This document shows, one piece after another, positions 46,996-56,621 of a stretch of DNA of 64,000 nt. The translations under genes and the position numbers were made by a program. The stretch covers positions 28,812 through 92,811 of the forward strand of contig JASFLY010000010.1 in NCBI GenBank assembly GCA_050117845.1. The letters run 5' to 3'. The notes beneath the pieces are model-generated. The model did no database searches and was not told the DNA's origin. It saw only the letters and a list, made by a program, of their open reading frames with translations. This stretch comes from Candidatus Zixiibacteriota bacterium. GTDB taxonomy: Bacteria; RBG-13-66-14; B26-G2; WVWN01. Position 1 is the first letter of the stretch; each line of letters starts with the position of its first letter.

Positions 46996-47023
46996 AACGC
47001 GGCCCGAACGGCCGCGTTTTTTT
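46996..47023. terminator. Intrinsic terminator between convergent genes
   Basis: AACGCGGCC-CGAAC-GGCCGCGTT followed by a T-run. Confidence 0.78.
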
Positions 47024-47522
47024 ACAGCACCTTCTCGAAGGCGGCGCGCAATCGGCGCCGCGTTTCGTTCGGGTCCTCGATGAGGATCTTCGTCCCGGAG
47101 AGGATTTCGACTATGCCTATCTCTCCCGGGTAGCGGGGAACGACGTGCAGGTGGAGGTGGGCGATGGACGCGCCGGAGGCCGGCCCGACGTTGTAGCCGA
47201 CGTTGAAGCTGTCGGTGTTGTACTCCCGGGCCAGGACGTCGAGCGTGAGGTTCTGCAGGCGGGCGAGGTGGCCGTTTTCGGCCTCGTCCAGTTCTCCGGG
47301 GTGCTCGACGTGCCGCTCCGGGAAGATCATGACGTGGCCGGGATTGTAGGGGTAGAGGTTGAGGCTGATAACGAAGCCGGCGTCCCGGGCGACCTCCAGG
47401 CTCACGACGTTGCCGTCTCCGCGGGCGATGTCGCACAGGATGCACAGGCCGGGAGGCCGGTTCTTTTTTTCCTTTATATACTCCGTTTTGTGAGGAACGA
47501 AGAGATTGGAACGCTTGACCAT
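47022..47522 (-). CDS. HIT family nucleotide hydrolase (Ap4A phosphorylase-like)
   Basis: CILC, LNLYPYNPGHVMIFP.RH, FNVGYNVG..SGASIAHLHLHVVPR. Confidence 0.92.
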   Translation of the reverse strand: MVKRSNLFVPHKTEYIKEKKNRPPGLCILCDIARGDGNVVSLEVARDAGFVISLNLYPYNPGHVMIFPERHVEHPGELDEAENGHLARLQNLTLDVLAREYNTDSFNVGYNVGPASGASIAHLHLHVVPRYPGEIGIVEILSGTKILIEDPNETRRRLRAAFEKVL

Positions 47523-47523
47523 A

Positions 47524-47844
47524 TTACTGCTCGAAACCCTCGAGTTCGCCGGGAGCGGGCCGCTGGGGCATCTGGATTTCGCCGAACTGTTTCTCGAAAC
47601 GGGATACGTTCTCGGAGAGGGTCATAAGGAACTGCTTGGCGTGCAGCGGCGACGTGATTATCCGGCTGAGTATTTTGAACCCCGTGCGGCCGGGGACCGC
47701 CCGGCCGAAGTCGAAGATGAACTCCGCCGGCGAGAACACTATCTGGGCGACGTTGGCGTAGGTCCCGTCCATGACTTCCTCGGATATCTCGGGCTGGACG
47801 AAACGATCGGCGGGTCCGGTTTTCTTTTTCTTGTCGTCGGCCAT
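47524..47844 (-). CDS. DUF3467 family protein
   Basis: Start reassigned to MADDKKK after GGAGGT; GTYANVAQI..S..EFIFDF, SRIITSPLHAKQFL..L.ENV..FEKQFGEI. Confidence 0.85.
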   Translation of the reverse strand: MADDKKKKTGPADRFVQPEISEEVMDGTYANVAQIVFSPAEFIFDFGRAVPGRTGFKILSRIITSPLHAKQFLMTLSENVSRFEKQFGEIQMPQRPAPGELEGFEQ

Positions 47845-47971
47845 GCTAACCTCCGGCGGGGCCGCGGCCCCGGGACTTGTGGAATTCCGCCTCATCGGGA
47901 ACGGCGGGGCCAATTCCGACGGGGCGGTTTCGTTGGCGCGGGCGGTTCTCCGACGCGCCCGGCGGTTAATT

Positions 47972-50428
47972 CTACGATGAACTCTTTTCGGCGGCGGTGA
48001 GGTTTTTGACTTTTTCGAACGAGAGCCGGTCGCCATCCGCTTCGACGTCGATGGCGATAGTATCGCCGGACCGGATTTCCTCGCGCAACAGGTTTTCCAC
48101 CAGCGGATCCTCGACGTATTTCTGGATGGTCCGGCGGAGCGGCCTGGCGCCGAAGGTCGGGTCGTAGCCTTTCTCCATCAGGAAGTCGTGGGCGTCGTCG
48201 GTGAAGTAGAGTTCGAGCATGTGCTCTTCGAGGCGCTGTTTGAGTTCGGCTATCATGAGCGTGACGATGGCCCGGAGGTGCGTCTTGTTGAGCGGATGGA
48301 AAACGATGACCTCGTCCACGCGGTTCAGGAATTCCGGGTTGAAGAGTTTTTTAACCTCGGTCATCACGGTCTTTTTAATCTCGCCGTACGTGGCCTCGCC
48401 CGGCGCCGCGCCGAAGCCGATGCCGCCGCCGTCCTTTATCTGGCGGGCGCCGACGTTGGACGTCATAATGAGGACCGTGTTGCGGAAGTCGACGGTCCGG
48501 CCTATGTTGTCGGTCAGGCGGCCGTCCTCCATCACCTGCAACAGGACGTTGAATACGTCCGGGTGGGCCTTTTCGATTTCGTCGAGGAGGACCACGGAGT
48601 ACGGCTTGCGGCGGACGCGTTCGGTGAGCTGGCCGCCCTCGTCGTAGCCGATGTAGCCCGGGGGCGCGCCGACGAGCCGGGATACCGTGTGCTTTTCCAT
48701 GTACTCCGACATGTCGACGCGGATGATGGCGTCGTCGTCCTCGAAGAGGAACTCGGCCAGGGCCTTCGCGAGTTCGGTCTTGCCCACGCCCGTGGGCCCC
48801 AGGAATATAAACGAGCCGATGGGCCGCTTTAGGTCCTTGACGCCCAGGCGGCTGCGCCGGATCGCCCGCGTCACGACGCCGATGGCCTCGTCCTGGCCCA
48901 CGACGCGTTTGTGCAGGTCCTCGTCCATCCTGAGTAGCTTCTCGAACTCTTCCTGCTCCAGCCGGTCGACCGGAATGCCCGTCGTCTTGGATACTATATA
49001 GGCCACGTCGTCCACCGTCAGGACGTTCTCCTCCTGCTCGGTCAGCGCGCGCCAGCGTTCCTTGGCCTCCTCCACCTTGAGCCGGTATTCCCGTTCCCGG
49101 TCGCGGTAGCGGGCCGCGGTCTCGAACTCCTGGCGCTCGATGGCGGCTTCCTTCTCGTTCCGCATTTCGGCCATCTTGGCCTCGAGGTCCCGGATGTCGG
49201 GGGGGAGCGTCGAGTGGCGCAAGCGCACCATGGCGCAGCCCTCGTCGATGACGTCGATGGCCTTGTCGGGCAGGTAGCGGTCGGAGATGTAGCGGTCGGC
49301 CAGCCGCGCCGCCGCTATGACCGCTTCCTCGGTGATGGTGACGCGGTGGTGTTCCTCGTAGCGGTCCTGTAGTCCCTGGATGATCTCGACCGTCTCCTCG
49401 ACGGAGGTGGGGTCGACCATTATCGTCTGGAAGCGGCGCTCCAGCGCGCCGTCCTTCTCGACGTGTTTGCGGTATTCGGAGAGGGTGGTGGCGCCGATGC
49501 ACTGCAGCTCGCCGCGGGACAGCGCCGGCTTGAGCATGTTCGAGGCGTCGATGGCGCCCTCGGCCGCGCCCGCCCCCACGATGGTGTGCAGCTCGTCAAT
49601 GAAGATGATGATGTCTTCGTTCTTGCGAATCTCCTCGACGATCATCCGCATCCGCTCTTCGAACTGGCCGCGGTACTTCGTTCCCGCGACGACCGCCGCC
49701 AGGTCGAGCGTCAACAGACGCTTGCCGGTTAAAGCTTCCGGCACGTTGTTCTCTATTATGGCGCGGGCCAGCCCCTCGACGATGGCCGTCTTGCCGACCC
49801 CCGGCTCGCCGATGAGGACCGGGTTGTTCTTCTTGCGGCGGCTCAGGATCTGGATGACGCGCTCTATCTCGTCCTCCCGGCCTATGACCGGGTCGAGTTC
49901 CCCTTCGCGGGCGAGGGCCGTCAGGTCGCGGCCGAACTCGTCCAGCACCGGCGTCTTGGACTTGCGGCGGCGGCCGCGGGACGTCTTCTCGCCGGCGCCC
50001 AGGCTCGAGATGACCTCCAGCCGGAGGTCGTCGGGGTCGACGTTGAGGTGCGTCAGGACCTTTACGGCGACGCTCTCCGTCTCCCGGATGATGCCGAGCA
50101 TCAGGTGTTCGGTGCCCACGTAATTGTGGTTCAGGAGGCCCGATTCCTCCACCGCGTGCCCTATGACGGACTTGGCGCGGGCGGTGAAGGGGATGTCGCC
50201 GACGGTGCGCATGCCGCCGCCAGGGGGCACCAGCTTTTCGACCTGGCGCCGTACCATCTCGAGCGACAGGCCGAACTTGCGGAGTACGGTGGCCGCGCCG
50301 CCTTCGCCCTCGCGAATAAGGCCGAGCAATATATGCTCGGTACCCACGGCGTCGTGGTGCAGTCGCGTTGCCTCTTCCCGGGCGATAAGTATTACTTTAC
50401 GCGCCCGGGCTGTAAATTTATCCAGCAT
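47972..50428 (-). CDS. clpC: ATP-dependent Clp protease ATP-binding subunit ClpC
   Basis: Two Clp-N repeats (GTEHILLG), [23 protein letters not shown] coiled coil, [24 protein letters not shown]; 818 aa. Confidence 0.96.
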   Translation of the reverse strand: MLDKFTARARKVILIAREEATRLHHDAVGTEHILLGLIREGEGGAATVLRKFGLSLEMVRRQVEKLVPPGGGMRTVGDIPFTARAKSVIGHAVEESGLLNHNYVGTEHLMLGIIRETESVAVKVLTHLNVDPDDLRLEVISSLGAGEKTSRGRRRKSKTPVLDEFGRDLTALAREGELDPVIGREDEIERVIQILSRRKKNNPVLIGEPGVGKTAIVEGLARAIIENNVPEALTGKRLLTLDLAAVVAGTKYRGQFEERMRMIVEEIRKNEDIIIFIDELHTIVGAGAAEGAIDASNMLKPALSRGELQCIGATTLSEYRKHVEKDGALERRFQTIMVDPTSVEETVEIIQGLQDRYEEHHRVTITEEAVIAAARLADRYISDRYLPDKAIDVIDEGCAMVRLRHSTLPPDIRDLEAKMAEMRNEKEAAIERQEFETAARYRDREREYRLKVEEAKERWRALTEQEENVLTVDDVAYIVSKTTGIPVDRLEQEEFEKLLRMDEDLHKRVVGQDEAIGVVTRAIRRSRLGVKDLKRPIGSFIFLGPTGVGKTELAKALAEFLFEDDDAIIRVDMSEYMEKHTVSRLVGAPPGYIGYDEGGQLTERVRRKPYSVVLLDEIEKAHPDVFNVLLQVMEDGRLTDNIGRTVDFRNTVLIMTSNVGARQIKDGGGIGFGAAPGEATYGEIKKTVMTEVKKLFNPEFLNRVDEVIVFHPLNKTHLRAIVTLMIAELKQRLEEHMLELYFTDDAHDFLMEKGYDPTFGARPLRRTIQKYVEDPLVENLLREEIRSGDTIAIDVEADGDRLSFEKVKNLTAAEKSSS

Positions 50429-50493
50429 GATTTGTACGCCAATCGACGGAGTTTGTAATGATTTGGAGTGTCTTGCTCACCAGCTTGCAAGTA

Positions 50494-50523
50494 ATTATAT
50501 CACATCGTAGGGGAGTGTCGCAA
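50494..50523 (-). promoter_or_regulatory. clpC promoter
   Basis: Minus strand TTGCGA, 18-nt spacer, TATAAT with extended -10 TG. Confidence 0.55.
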
Positions 50524-50526
50524 GTT

Positions 50527-51213
50527 TTAGCGCGGAGTGCTTTCGTGGAGGGTACCCGCTTCCAGGCACAGCGTTCGCGTGCAGCGGCTCGCCAGCGTTT
50601 GGTTGTGCGTGACGATTACGAAACTTTGCCCCAGCCGGCCGTTGAGTTCGAACAAAAGGTCGTGCAGGCCGTCGGCGGTCCGTTCATCCAGGTTCCCCGA
50701 GGGCTCGTCCGCCAGCACGACCGTGGGCTGGGGGGCCAGCGCCCGGGCCACGGCGACCCGCTGGCGCTCGCCGCCGGACAGTTTGGCCGGCCTGTGGTTT
50801 TCGCGGGTGCTGACGCCCACCGCGGCCAGGTATTCCCGGGCCCGCTTGCGGGCCTCGCCGGCGTCCATTTTCATTATCATTAACGGGAGTAATACGTTCT
50901 CGAGGGCCGAGAATTCCGGCAATAAATGATGGAACTGGAAGACGTAACCGATATGGCGGTTGCGGAAACGGGCCCGCTGGGCCGCGGGGAGGCCGGAGAC
51001 GTCGGTCCCGTCGACGAGGACGCGGCCTTGCGTGGGCCGGTCCAGCCCTCCCAGGAGGTTGAGGAGCGTCGTCTTGCCCGCGCCGGATTCGCCGACGACC
51101 GCGACCACCTCGCCCCGGGCCACGTCGAGTTCCAGGCCGACGAGGATCTTGAGCGTCTGGTCGCCGCTCTCGTAGTACTTGTGGAGGTCCCGGCCCGCGA
51201 TGACGCTACTCAT
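50527..51213 (-). CDS. lolD: Lipoprotein-releasing ABC transporter ATP-binding protein
   Basis: GESGAGKTT, IGYVFQFHHLLPEFSALENV (LolD motif), LSGGERQR, DEPSGNLD; follows a LolC/E permease. Confidence 0.92.
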   Translation of the reverse strand: MSSVIAGRDLHKYYESGDQTLKILVGLELDVARGEVVAVVGESGAGKTTLLNLLGGLDRPTQGRVLVDGTDVSGLPAAQRARFRNRHIGYVFQFHHLLPEFSALENVLLPLMIMKMDAGEARKRAREYLAAVGVSTRENHRPAKLSGGERQRVAVARALAPQPTVVLADEPSGNLDERTADGLHDLLFELNGRLGQSFVIVTHNQTLASRCTRTLCLEAGTLHESTPR

Positions 51214-52477
51214 GCTGTATCGCCTCCACGGGCTCGAGGCGGGACGCCCGCCACGCCGGATATATCGTCGCGGCCACGCTGATGGTCAGCGCGATGACGC
51301 ATACCAATACCACGTCCAGCGGCTGGACGACGACCGGCAGCGAGCGCATGGCGTAGACCTCGGCCGGCAGGTCGATAAACTGGTATTTCTTGAGCAGGGC
51401 GCAGAGGCCCAGCCCCCCCGCCAGGCCGATGGCCGTCCCCACGGCCCCGATGATAAAGCCTTTAAGCACGAAGATGCGAACCACCGCGCCGTTCGTCGCG
51501 CCCATGGCCTTCATTATCCCTATCTCGCGCGTCTTCTCGATGACTATCATTATAAGCGTCGAGAGGATGTTGAAGGCCGCGACCAGGATGATAAGCGAGA
51601 GGATGAGGAACATCGTGTGGCGCTCGAGGGCCAGCATCGTCCAGAGCTGCTCGTGCGTGACGGTCCAGTCGCGGGCGAAGTAGGGGAGGCCCACCCGCTC
51701 GTTGATGGCGGCCGAGACCTCCGGCGCGGCAAAGACGTCGTCCACGCGGACCTCCAGGCCGTTGACCCGGTCGCCGATGGCCAGAAAGTCCTGCGCCGCT
51801 TCCAAATCCACGTAAGCGAAGGTGGAGTCGAACTCGAACATCCCCAGGTCGAAGATGCCTATGACCCGGAAGTTCTTCATCTTGGGGGGAACCGGCGCGA
51901 TGGGGTTCCAGATAACCTGGGGCGAGATCAAAGTTACGGTGTCGTTGAGGTCGACGCCCAGGTTGTGGGCCAGCTCGACGCCGAGGACGATACCCTCCTC
52001 GGGCGGCGCGTACCCGGCCAGCTTGGGCTCGAGGCCGGTGTGGCGCGCCGCGTCGAAGTCCATCGTCCCCTCGACTATCTTGTCCTCGATGCTCGATATC
52101 TTGCGGTGGCTCTCAATATCTACGCCCCGTATCACGGCGCCGATGGAGTCGTGCTTGGAGGAGAGGATGCCCTCCGTGAAGACGAAGGGCGCCACGCCGC
52201 TGACCCCCGGCACGCTTTCCACTTTACCCGCCACGGCGGGGTAGTCCTCGATGCCCTCGCGGCCTATGTGGAGGACCTGAATATGGGCGGTCGTTCCCAG
52301 TATCTTCTCGCGCAGGTCAATCTCGAAGCCGTTCATGACGCTGAGGACGACGACGAGCGTCATGACGCCCACGGCCACGCCGCCGATGGATATCAGCGTG
52401 ATGATGGAGAGGAAGGTATCCTTCCCCTTGGCGGTGAGGTAGCGCCGCGCGACGAAGAACTCGAACGACTTTTTCAA
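51206..52477 (-). CDS. Lipoprotein-releasing ABC transporter permease (LolC/E family)
   Basis: FVARRYL, ISIGGVAVGV..LVVVLSVMNGFE, LIILVAAFNI, EKTREIGIMKAMGA, YPAWRASRLEP. Confidence 0.93.
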   Translation of the reverse strand: MKKSFEFFVARRYLTAKGKDTFLSIITLISIGGVAVGVMTLVVVLSVMNGFEIDLREKILGTTAHIQVLHIGREGIEDYPAVAGKVESVPGVSGVAPFVFTEGILSSKHDSIGAVIRGVDIESHRKISSIEDKIVEGTMDFDAARHTGLEPKLAGYAPPEEGIVLGVELAHNLGVDLNDTVTLISPQVIWNPIAPVPPKMKNFRVIGIFDLGMFEFDSTFAYVDLEAAQDFLAIGDRVNGLEVRVDDVFAAPEVSAAINERVGLPYFARDWTVTHEQLWTMLALERHTMFLILSLIILVAAFNILSTLIMIVIEKTREIGIMKAMGATNGAVVRIFVLKGFIIGAVGTAIGLAGGLGLCALLKKYQFIDLPAEVYAMRSLPVVVQPLDVVLVCVIALTISVAATIYPAWRASRLEPVEAIQHE

Positions 52478-52495
52478 AATCCTATATTGTCGGAA

Positions 52496-53464
52496 TTACC
52501 GGAACAGCGCTTTGACCTTCCCGACCGACGTCGGCACGACGGCCGGCTCGTTCCGCGTGAAGTACTGGATGCGGTGGTTCCCGGAATCGGCCACGTATAT
52601 CGTCGTGCTGGAGGGGGAGGCCGCGACGCCGTCCGGATACGTGAACTTGCCGTCGCCGGTGCCTTTAGTGCCCCAGCGGGTGATGAAACTGCCGGTGTAG
52701 TCGAAACACTGCACCTGATGCCAGGAGTAATCGGTTACGTAAATTCTGGAGTCCCCGGCGGCCTCGATGGCGGTGGGGTACTGGAACTGGCCGTAGCCGT
52801 ATCCCTCCGAGCCCCACTTGCCGATGAAGTTGCCGGCGAAATCGAAGTACTGTACGCGGTTGTTCAACCGGTCGGTGACGTAGACGTTCCCGTTGTTCGT
52901 TACGGCGACGCCGAAGGGCTGGTCGAACTGGCCGTTGTTGTCGCCCTCCGAGCCCCAGGCGCCGATGAAGCTCCCGGTCCCGTTGAAACATTGGATCCGC
53001 GTGTTGTACGTGTCGGCCACGTAAATCCGTTTAAGGGTCGGGTCGTAGTCAATGCCGTTGGGATTATTGAAACGGGACGCCGCGGATCCTTTGACGCCCC
53101 ACTTGCCGATGAAAGAACCCGAGGCGGTGAAATACTGAATCCGGTGGTTGTCGAAATCGACGACGTAGACCCGGCCCGCCGGCGTTATCGCCACGTCGAC
53201 CGGGTATTTGAACTGGCCGTCGCCCGTGCCGCGCGTGCCCCACTCGCCGAGGTACTTGCCGGAGCCGGTGAAGTACTGGATCCGGTGGTTGTAGGAATCG
53301 GCCACGTAGACGCGGCCGCTGGGCGCGACCGCCAGGCCCGCCGGGACGTTGAACTCGCCGGGGCCGGAGCCGGCCGAGCCCCATTTGCCGGCGAACGTAT
53401 AATCGGCGCCGGCCAAAGAGGCGCATAACGTTATTAACACTACGGTATTGATGGCGTTTCTCAT
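52496..53464 (-). CDS. Secreted NHL-repeat six-bladed beta-propeller with conserved C-terminal tag
   Basis: Sec signal ending SLAGA; six WG..G.G.GQF..P.G[VL]A.....VYVAD..NHRIQYF repeats; ends AVVPTSVGKVKALFR. Confidence 0.9.
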   Translation of the reverse strand: MRNAINTVVLITLCASLAGADYTFAGKWGSAGSGPGEFNVPAGLAVAPSGRVYVADSYNHRIQYFTGSGKYLGEWGTRGTGDGQFKYPVDVAITPAGRVYVVDFDNHRIQYFTASGSFIGKWGVKGSAASRFNNPNGIDYDPTLKRIYVADTYNTRIQCFNGTGSFIGAWGSEGDNNGQFDQPFGVAVTNNGNVYVTDRLNNRVQYFDFAGNFIGKWGSEGYGYGQFQYPTAIEAAGDSRIYVTDYSWHQVQCFDYTGSFITRWGTKGTGDGKFTYPDGVAASPSSTTIYVADSGNHRIQYFTRNEPAVVPTSVGKVKALFR

Positions 53465-53531
53465 TTCCTGTCCTTCTTGCGAACGCTGAAAACAGCCCGG
53501 GGTGCTCGGCGAGCCTGAACGCGAGACCCGA

Positions 53532-54503
53532 TTAGTGGAACATGGCTTTCACCCGGCCCAAGGACGTCGCTGCGACGCCGGGCTCGACGCGGGCGAAATA
53601 TTGGACGCGATTGTTATATCGGTCCGCGACGTAAATGCGCCGGCCGTGGTCGGCCGTCGCTATACCGTGGGGCTCGTGGAATTCGCCGGCGTAGCGGCCC
53701 GCCGAACCCCATATCCCCAGGTAACTCCCCGTCCCGGTGAAGTACTGTATTCTGTCGTTTCTGTCCTCGGTTACGTAAACCCTGCCGTCCTTCGCCGCCG
53801 CGATACCCGTGGGGCTGTTGAACTGGCCGGGGTCGAATCCCCAGCGTCCCCATTGCCCGAGGTATCCGCCGTACCACGTGAAGTATTGGACGCGGGCGTT
53901 GCTACGGTCGGCGACGTAGACCACGCCCCCGGGGGCGAAGGCCACGTCGCAGGGGAAGCGGAGTTGGCCGTCGCCGTGGCCGTAAACGCCCCATTCTCCC
54001 ACGTACGCGCCGTTAGGCCTAAAGCGCTGGATGCGGTTGTTCTCCGTATCGGCGACGTAGACCACGCCGCCGGGGGAGACCGCCACGCCGCTGGGCCACT
54101 TGAACTCCCGTTTGCCCGAGCCGTACCGGCCCCACTCGCCGAGATAGGTTCCGGTCGCGCTGAAGTATTGCACGCGGTGATTTACCCGGTCGGCGACGCA
54201 AACGCGGCCGCCGGGCGCCACGGCCACGCCGGTCGCTTCGTTGAATTCGCCCGGCCCCGTTCCGTCGTCGCCCCACCACGCCAGGAATTCGCCGTCCGCC
54301 GTGAACCGCTGGACGCAGTTGTTGTACTCGTCCGTTACGTAGACCGTCCCGTCCGGGGCGACGGCGATGCCGGATATGGTATAGAACTCGCCGTGGCCGA
54401 ACCCCGGCTTACCCCATTCGCCGGCGTAGGTATACTCGGCGGGCGCCCCGGCCGCCAAAGCAAGCGTCAGCGCCCCGGCCCGGAGCAACGGTAATTTTAA
54501 CAT
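53532..54503 (-). CDS. Secreted NHL-repeat six-bladed beta-propeller with conserved C-terminal tag (paralogue)
   Basis: Sec signal ending AGAPA; six NHL repeats; ends GVAATSLGRVKAMFH. Confidence 0.9.
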   Translation of the reverse strand: MLKLPLLRAGALTLALAAGAPAEYTYAGEWGKPGFGHGEFYTISGIAVAPDGTVYVTDEYNNCVQRFTADGEFLAWWGDDGTGPGEFNEATGVAVAPGGRVCVADRVNHRVQYFSATGTYLGEWGRYGSGKREFKWPSGVAVSPGGVVYVADTENNRIQRFRPNGAYVGEWGVYGHGDGQLRFPCDVAFAPGGVVYVADRSNARVQYFTWYGGYLGQWGRWGFDPGQFNSPTGIAAAKDGRVYVTEDRNDRIQYFTGTGSYLGIWGSAGRYAGEFHEPHGIATADHGRRIYVADRYNNRVQYFARVEPGVAATSLGRVKAMFH

Positions 54504-54533
54504 AAACGGCCCGCCGGCCGGCCCGAGGACCGC

Positions 54534-55187
54534 TCATTTCTTCGGCTTTTTATATTTATTGGACGCCCAGATCCAGGCGACAAGAAGTACGACGCCGGCG
54601 ACGAAGAGGGCGTAGTCCTCGTAGTAGCGCCACTGCACCGCGGGCCCCAGGCCCCCCACGACGGCCCACAGGAAGGGGATGAAGGTGAAGCGCCAGCGGG
54701 GCCTGCGGTCGAAGGTGAACATCAACATGCCGCAGGTGAACAGGACCACCGGCGTGGCGCAGCCGAAGAGCGCCATTTCCGGCCAGCCGTGGCCGACTAT
54801 AAGCGCGCTTATCGGGTACATCAAAAACGCCCATCCGGCGATGGAGGAGCCGATGCGGCCCAGCGACGGGTTCGAGGCGGGGTCGAACTCTATCTTGGGG
54901 TAGAATATTTCTACTATAAAGAAGACCGCCTGCAACAGGAAGAGGGCCCCCCACAAATAGCCGGCCGAGTTCATCTTGGTATAGAATAACAGCATGTAGA
55001 CGGCGCCGACCCATGCCCAGAGGAAGGCGAGCGCCCCCTTGACGGCTATCTTCGCCCACTTCTCGGGGCGCCGCGCGATGGCGAGAAATGCCGCCCCCAG
55101 GCCTACGACAAACATCAGAATCTGGGCGGGAAATACCGACCGGTTGAATTCGGCTAAAAATGCGCGGAATACCTCTTCGTTTATCAT
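54534..55187 (-). CDS. DUF6064-like membrane protein
   Basis: FLAEFNRSVFPAQI, LWAWVG, LFLLQA, YP....GHGWP...LFG...P..LFTCG, IPFLWA, EDY. Confidence 0.72.
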   Translation of the reverse strand: MINEEVFRAFLAEFNRSVFPAQILMFVVGLGAAFLAIARRPEKWAKIAVKGALAFLWAWVGAVYMLLFYTKMNSAGYLWGALFLLQAVFFIVEIFYPKIEFDPASNPSLGRIGSSIAGWAFLMYPISALIVGHGWPEMALFGCATPVVLFTCGMLMFTFDRRPRWRFTFIPFLWAVVGGLGPAVQWRYYEDYALFVAGVVLLVAWIWASNKYKKPKK

Positions 55188-55913
55188 CTACTTGGCTCCT
55201 TGCGCGGAAGAAATTTCGCCCCCGGCGGGGGAGCGGTTTCGCCTGTCCCGCCATGCGACGACGGCGAACCACAGCACGGCCGTTAGCGCCACGGCGGCCG
55301 GAATAAGTTCCTCGTAAAAACCCCAGGCCTGGGCCAGCCGGACGCCGGCCACTCCCGCCCACGCCGCCGGAATGAGGAAGAATACGGGCCGGGGTTTGTG
55401 GAGCGTAAAGAGCAGGGCGCCGAGCGTTACGGCCGCGGAGGCTGCCGGCCCGGTGCCCGCGAGCATAAGGTAAGGCCAGCCCCGTCCCGCCGCGATCGCG
55501 ACGAGCGGATGCGCGACGCCCGCCACCAGGATAAGCGCCAGGCCGCCGAAGAGGCGGCCCCGGTTCTCGTAAGGCCGGAACTCCAGCGTTCCGAAAAAGA
55601 AGTCTACCATAAAGAAGGTGCCCTGGAGTACAAATAACGCCGCGAAGGCGTAGCCCACCCGGAACTCCGGCCCCACCCGCTCGAAGAAGAACATCACGCC
55701 GACCCAGAGCCAGGCCAGATCGAGGAGGACCTTGGCGAAAAGGTCGGCCAGCCTGCCGGGTTTTATCAGCACCACGGCGACGGCAACGAGCATGAGCAGT
55801 ACGCCGAATACGGCAGCCGGATACAGGCTCCGGTTGTATAGGCCCACCAGCCCCAGGATTATGTCCCGGACCGGGAGCTCGGGTTCCGTTAAAGCGGTGG
55901 TAAGGGGCGGCAC
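55188..55913 (-). CDS. DUF6064-like membrane protein (paralogue)
   Basis: YNRSLYPA, AWLWVG, LFVLQG, HP....GRGWP, IPAAWA, YEE. Confidence 0.7.
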   Translation of the reverse strand: MPPLTTALTEPELPVRDIILGLVGLYNRSLYPAAVFGVLLMLVAVAVVLIKPGRLADLFAKVLLDLAWLWVGVMFFFERVGPEFRVGYAFAALFVLQGTFFMVDFFFGTLEFRPYENRGRLFGGLALILVAGVAHPLVAIAAGRGWPYLMLAGTGPAASAAVTLGALLFTLHKPRPVFFLIPAAWAGVAGVRLAQAWGFYEELIPAAVALTAVLWFAVVAWRDRRNRSPAGGEISSAQGAK

Positions 55914-55917
55914 GGGA

Positions 55918-56562
55918 TTATTTTACCGTAATCTTCTCGTCGCACTTCGTCACGCGGAGGGTGTCGAAGTCGGGGTTGTAGAGGAGGTTAACCTTGTACT
56001 CATAATGGTAAGGCCGGTAGTCGTCGTACGATATCGCTATCTCGACGTCGACCGGCAGGCCGTGGCCTATGGGCACCAGGAACGCGGGCCGCAGGGCCTG
56101 TCCCGGGTAAATGGCGCCGTAGCGCTCGGCCTTTATTTTCCGGCCGCCGAATTCCTTCTCGCCGATTTTTATTTTGCCCGAGAAGTGGAAGTCGAAGCCG
56201 GGGACCGAGCCGGAGTTGGTCACCTCGGCGACGCAGAGCATGGCCGTGCGTTCCTCGTTATAAACCTTCTCGAGGGTGCCGATGTAGACGTAAGGCCGGT
56301 TGCGGACCTCGTAGCTCTCGACGTTGTTGGCCAGGCTTTCCCGGTTGAGCTGGAGGCCCAGGATGTTGAAGAAGAGGCCGATAACGCCGGCCGTCAACAC
56401 CAGCTCCTGGAACGTGAGTATCCTCTTATACTCCGGCTTTTCGCCGGCGGCCTTGGCCCGGAGGCGCTCCCGCCCCCGGAGCAGCAGGCGAACCAGTATC
56501 AGCCCCGCCAGTACGCAAGAGAATATTATAGCAGACCATATCAGTACTTGTACGAAATTCAT
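55918..56562 (-). CDS. Hypothetical membrane protein (two N-terminal TM helices, beta-rich C-terminal domain)
   Basis: Start reassigned to MNFVQVLIW after AAGGAG; RNRPYVYI, EVTNSGSVP, IYPGQ. Confidence 0.7.
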   Translation of the reverse strand: MNFVQVLIWSAIIFSCVLAGLILVRLLLRGRERLRAKAAGEKPEYKRILTFQELVLTAGVIGLFFNILGLQLNRESLANNVESYEVRNRPYVYIGTLEKVYNEERTAMLCVAEVTNSGSVPGFDFHFSGKIKIGEKEFGGRKIKAERYGAIYPGQALRPAFLVPIGHGLPVDVEIAISYDDYRPYHYEYKVNLLYNPDFDTLRVTKCDEKITVK

Positions 56563-56621
56563 AGCGTTTTCTCCTTGCGATAGCGGCAACCGCGGCCCGC
56601 ACGCCGCGCCGCCCCCCGCCG

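Noticed and set aside
50429..50526. CtsR or CIRCE heat-shock operator before clpC; GGAGTGTC occurs twice (50465-72, 50512-19)
   Set aside because: No GTCAAA heptad repeat and no complete TTAGCACTC-N9-GAGTGCTAA; ctsR/mcsA/mcsB are absent here. The 8-mer repeat alone is too weak to call.
55185..55190. Amber read-through (pyrrolysine) fusing the two DUF6064-like genes at TAG-ATG
   Set aside because: An AAGGAG Shine-Dalgarno sits correctly upstream of the second ATG and each ORF is a complete domain; ordinary translational coupling explains it.
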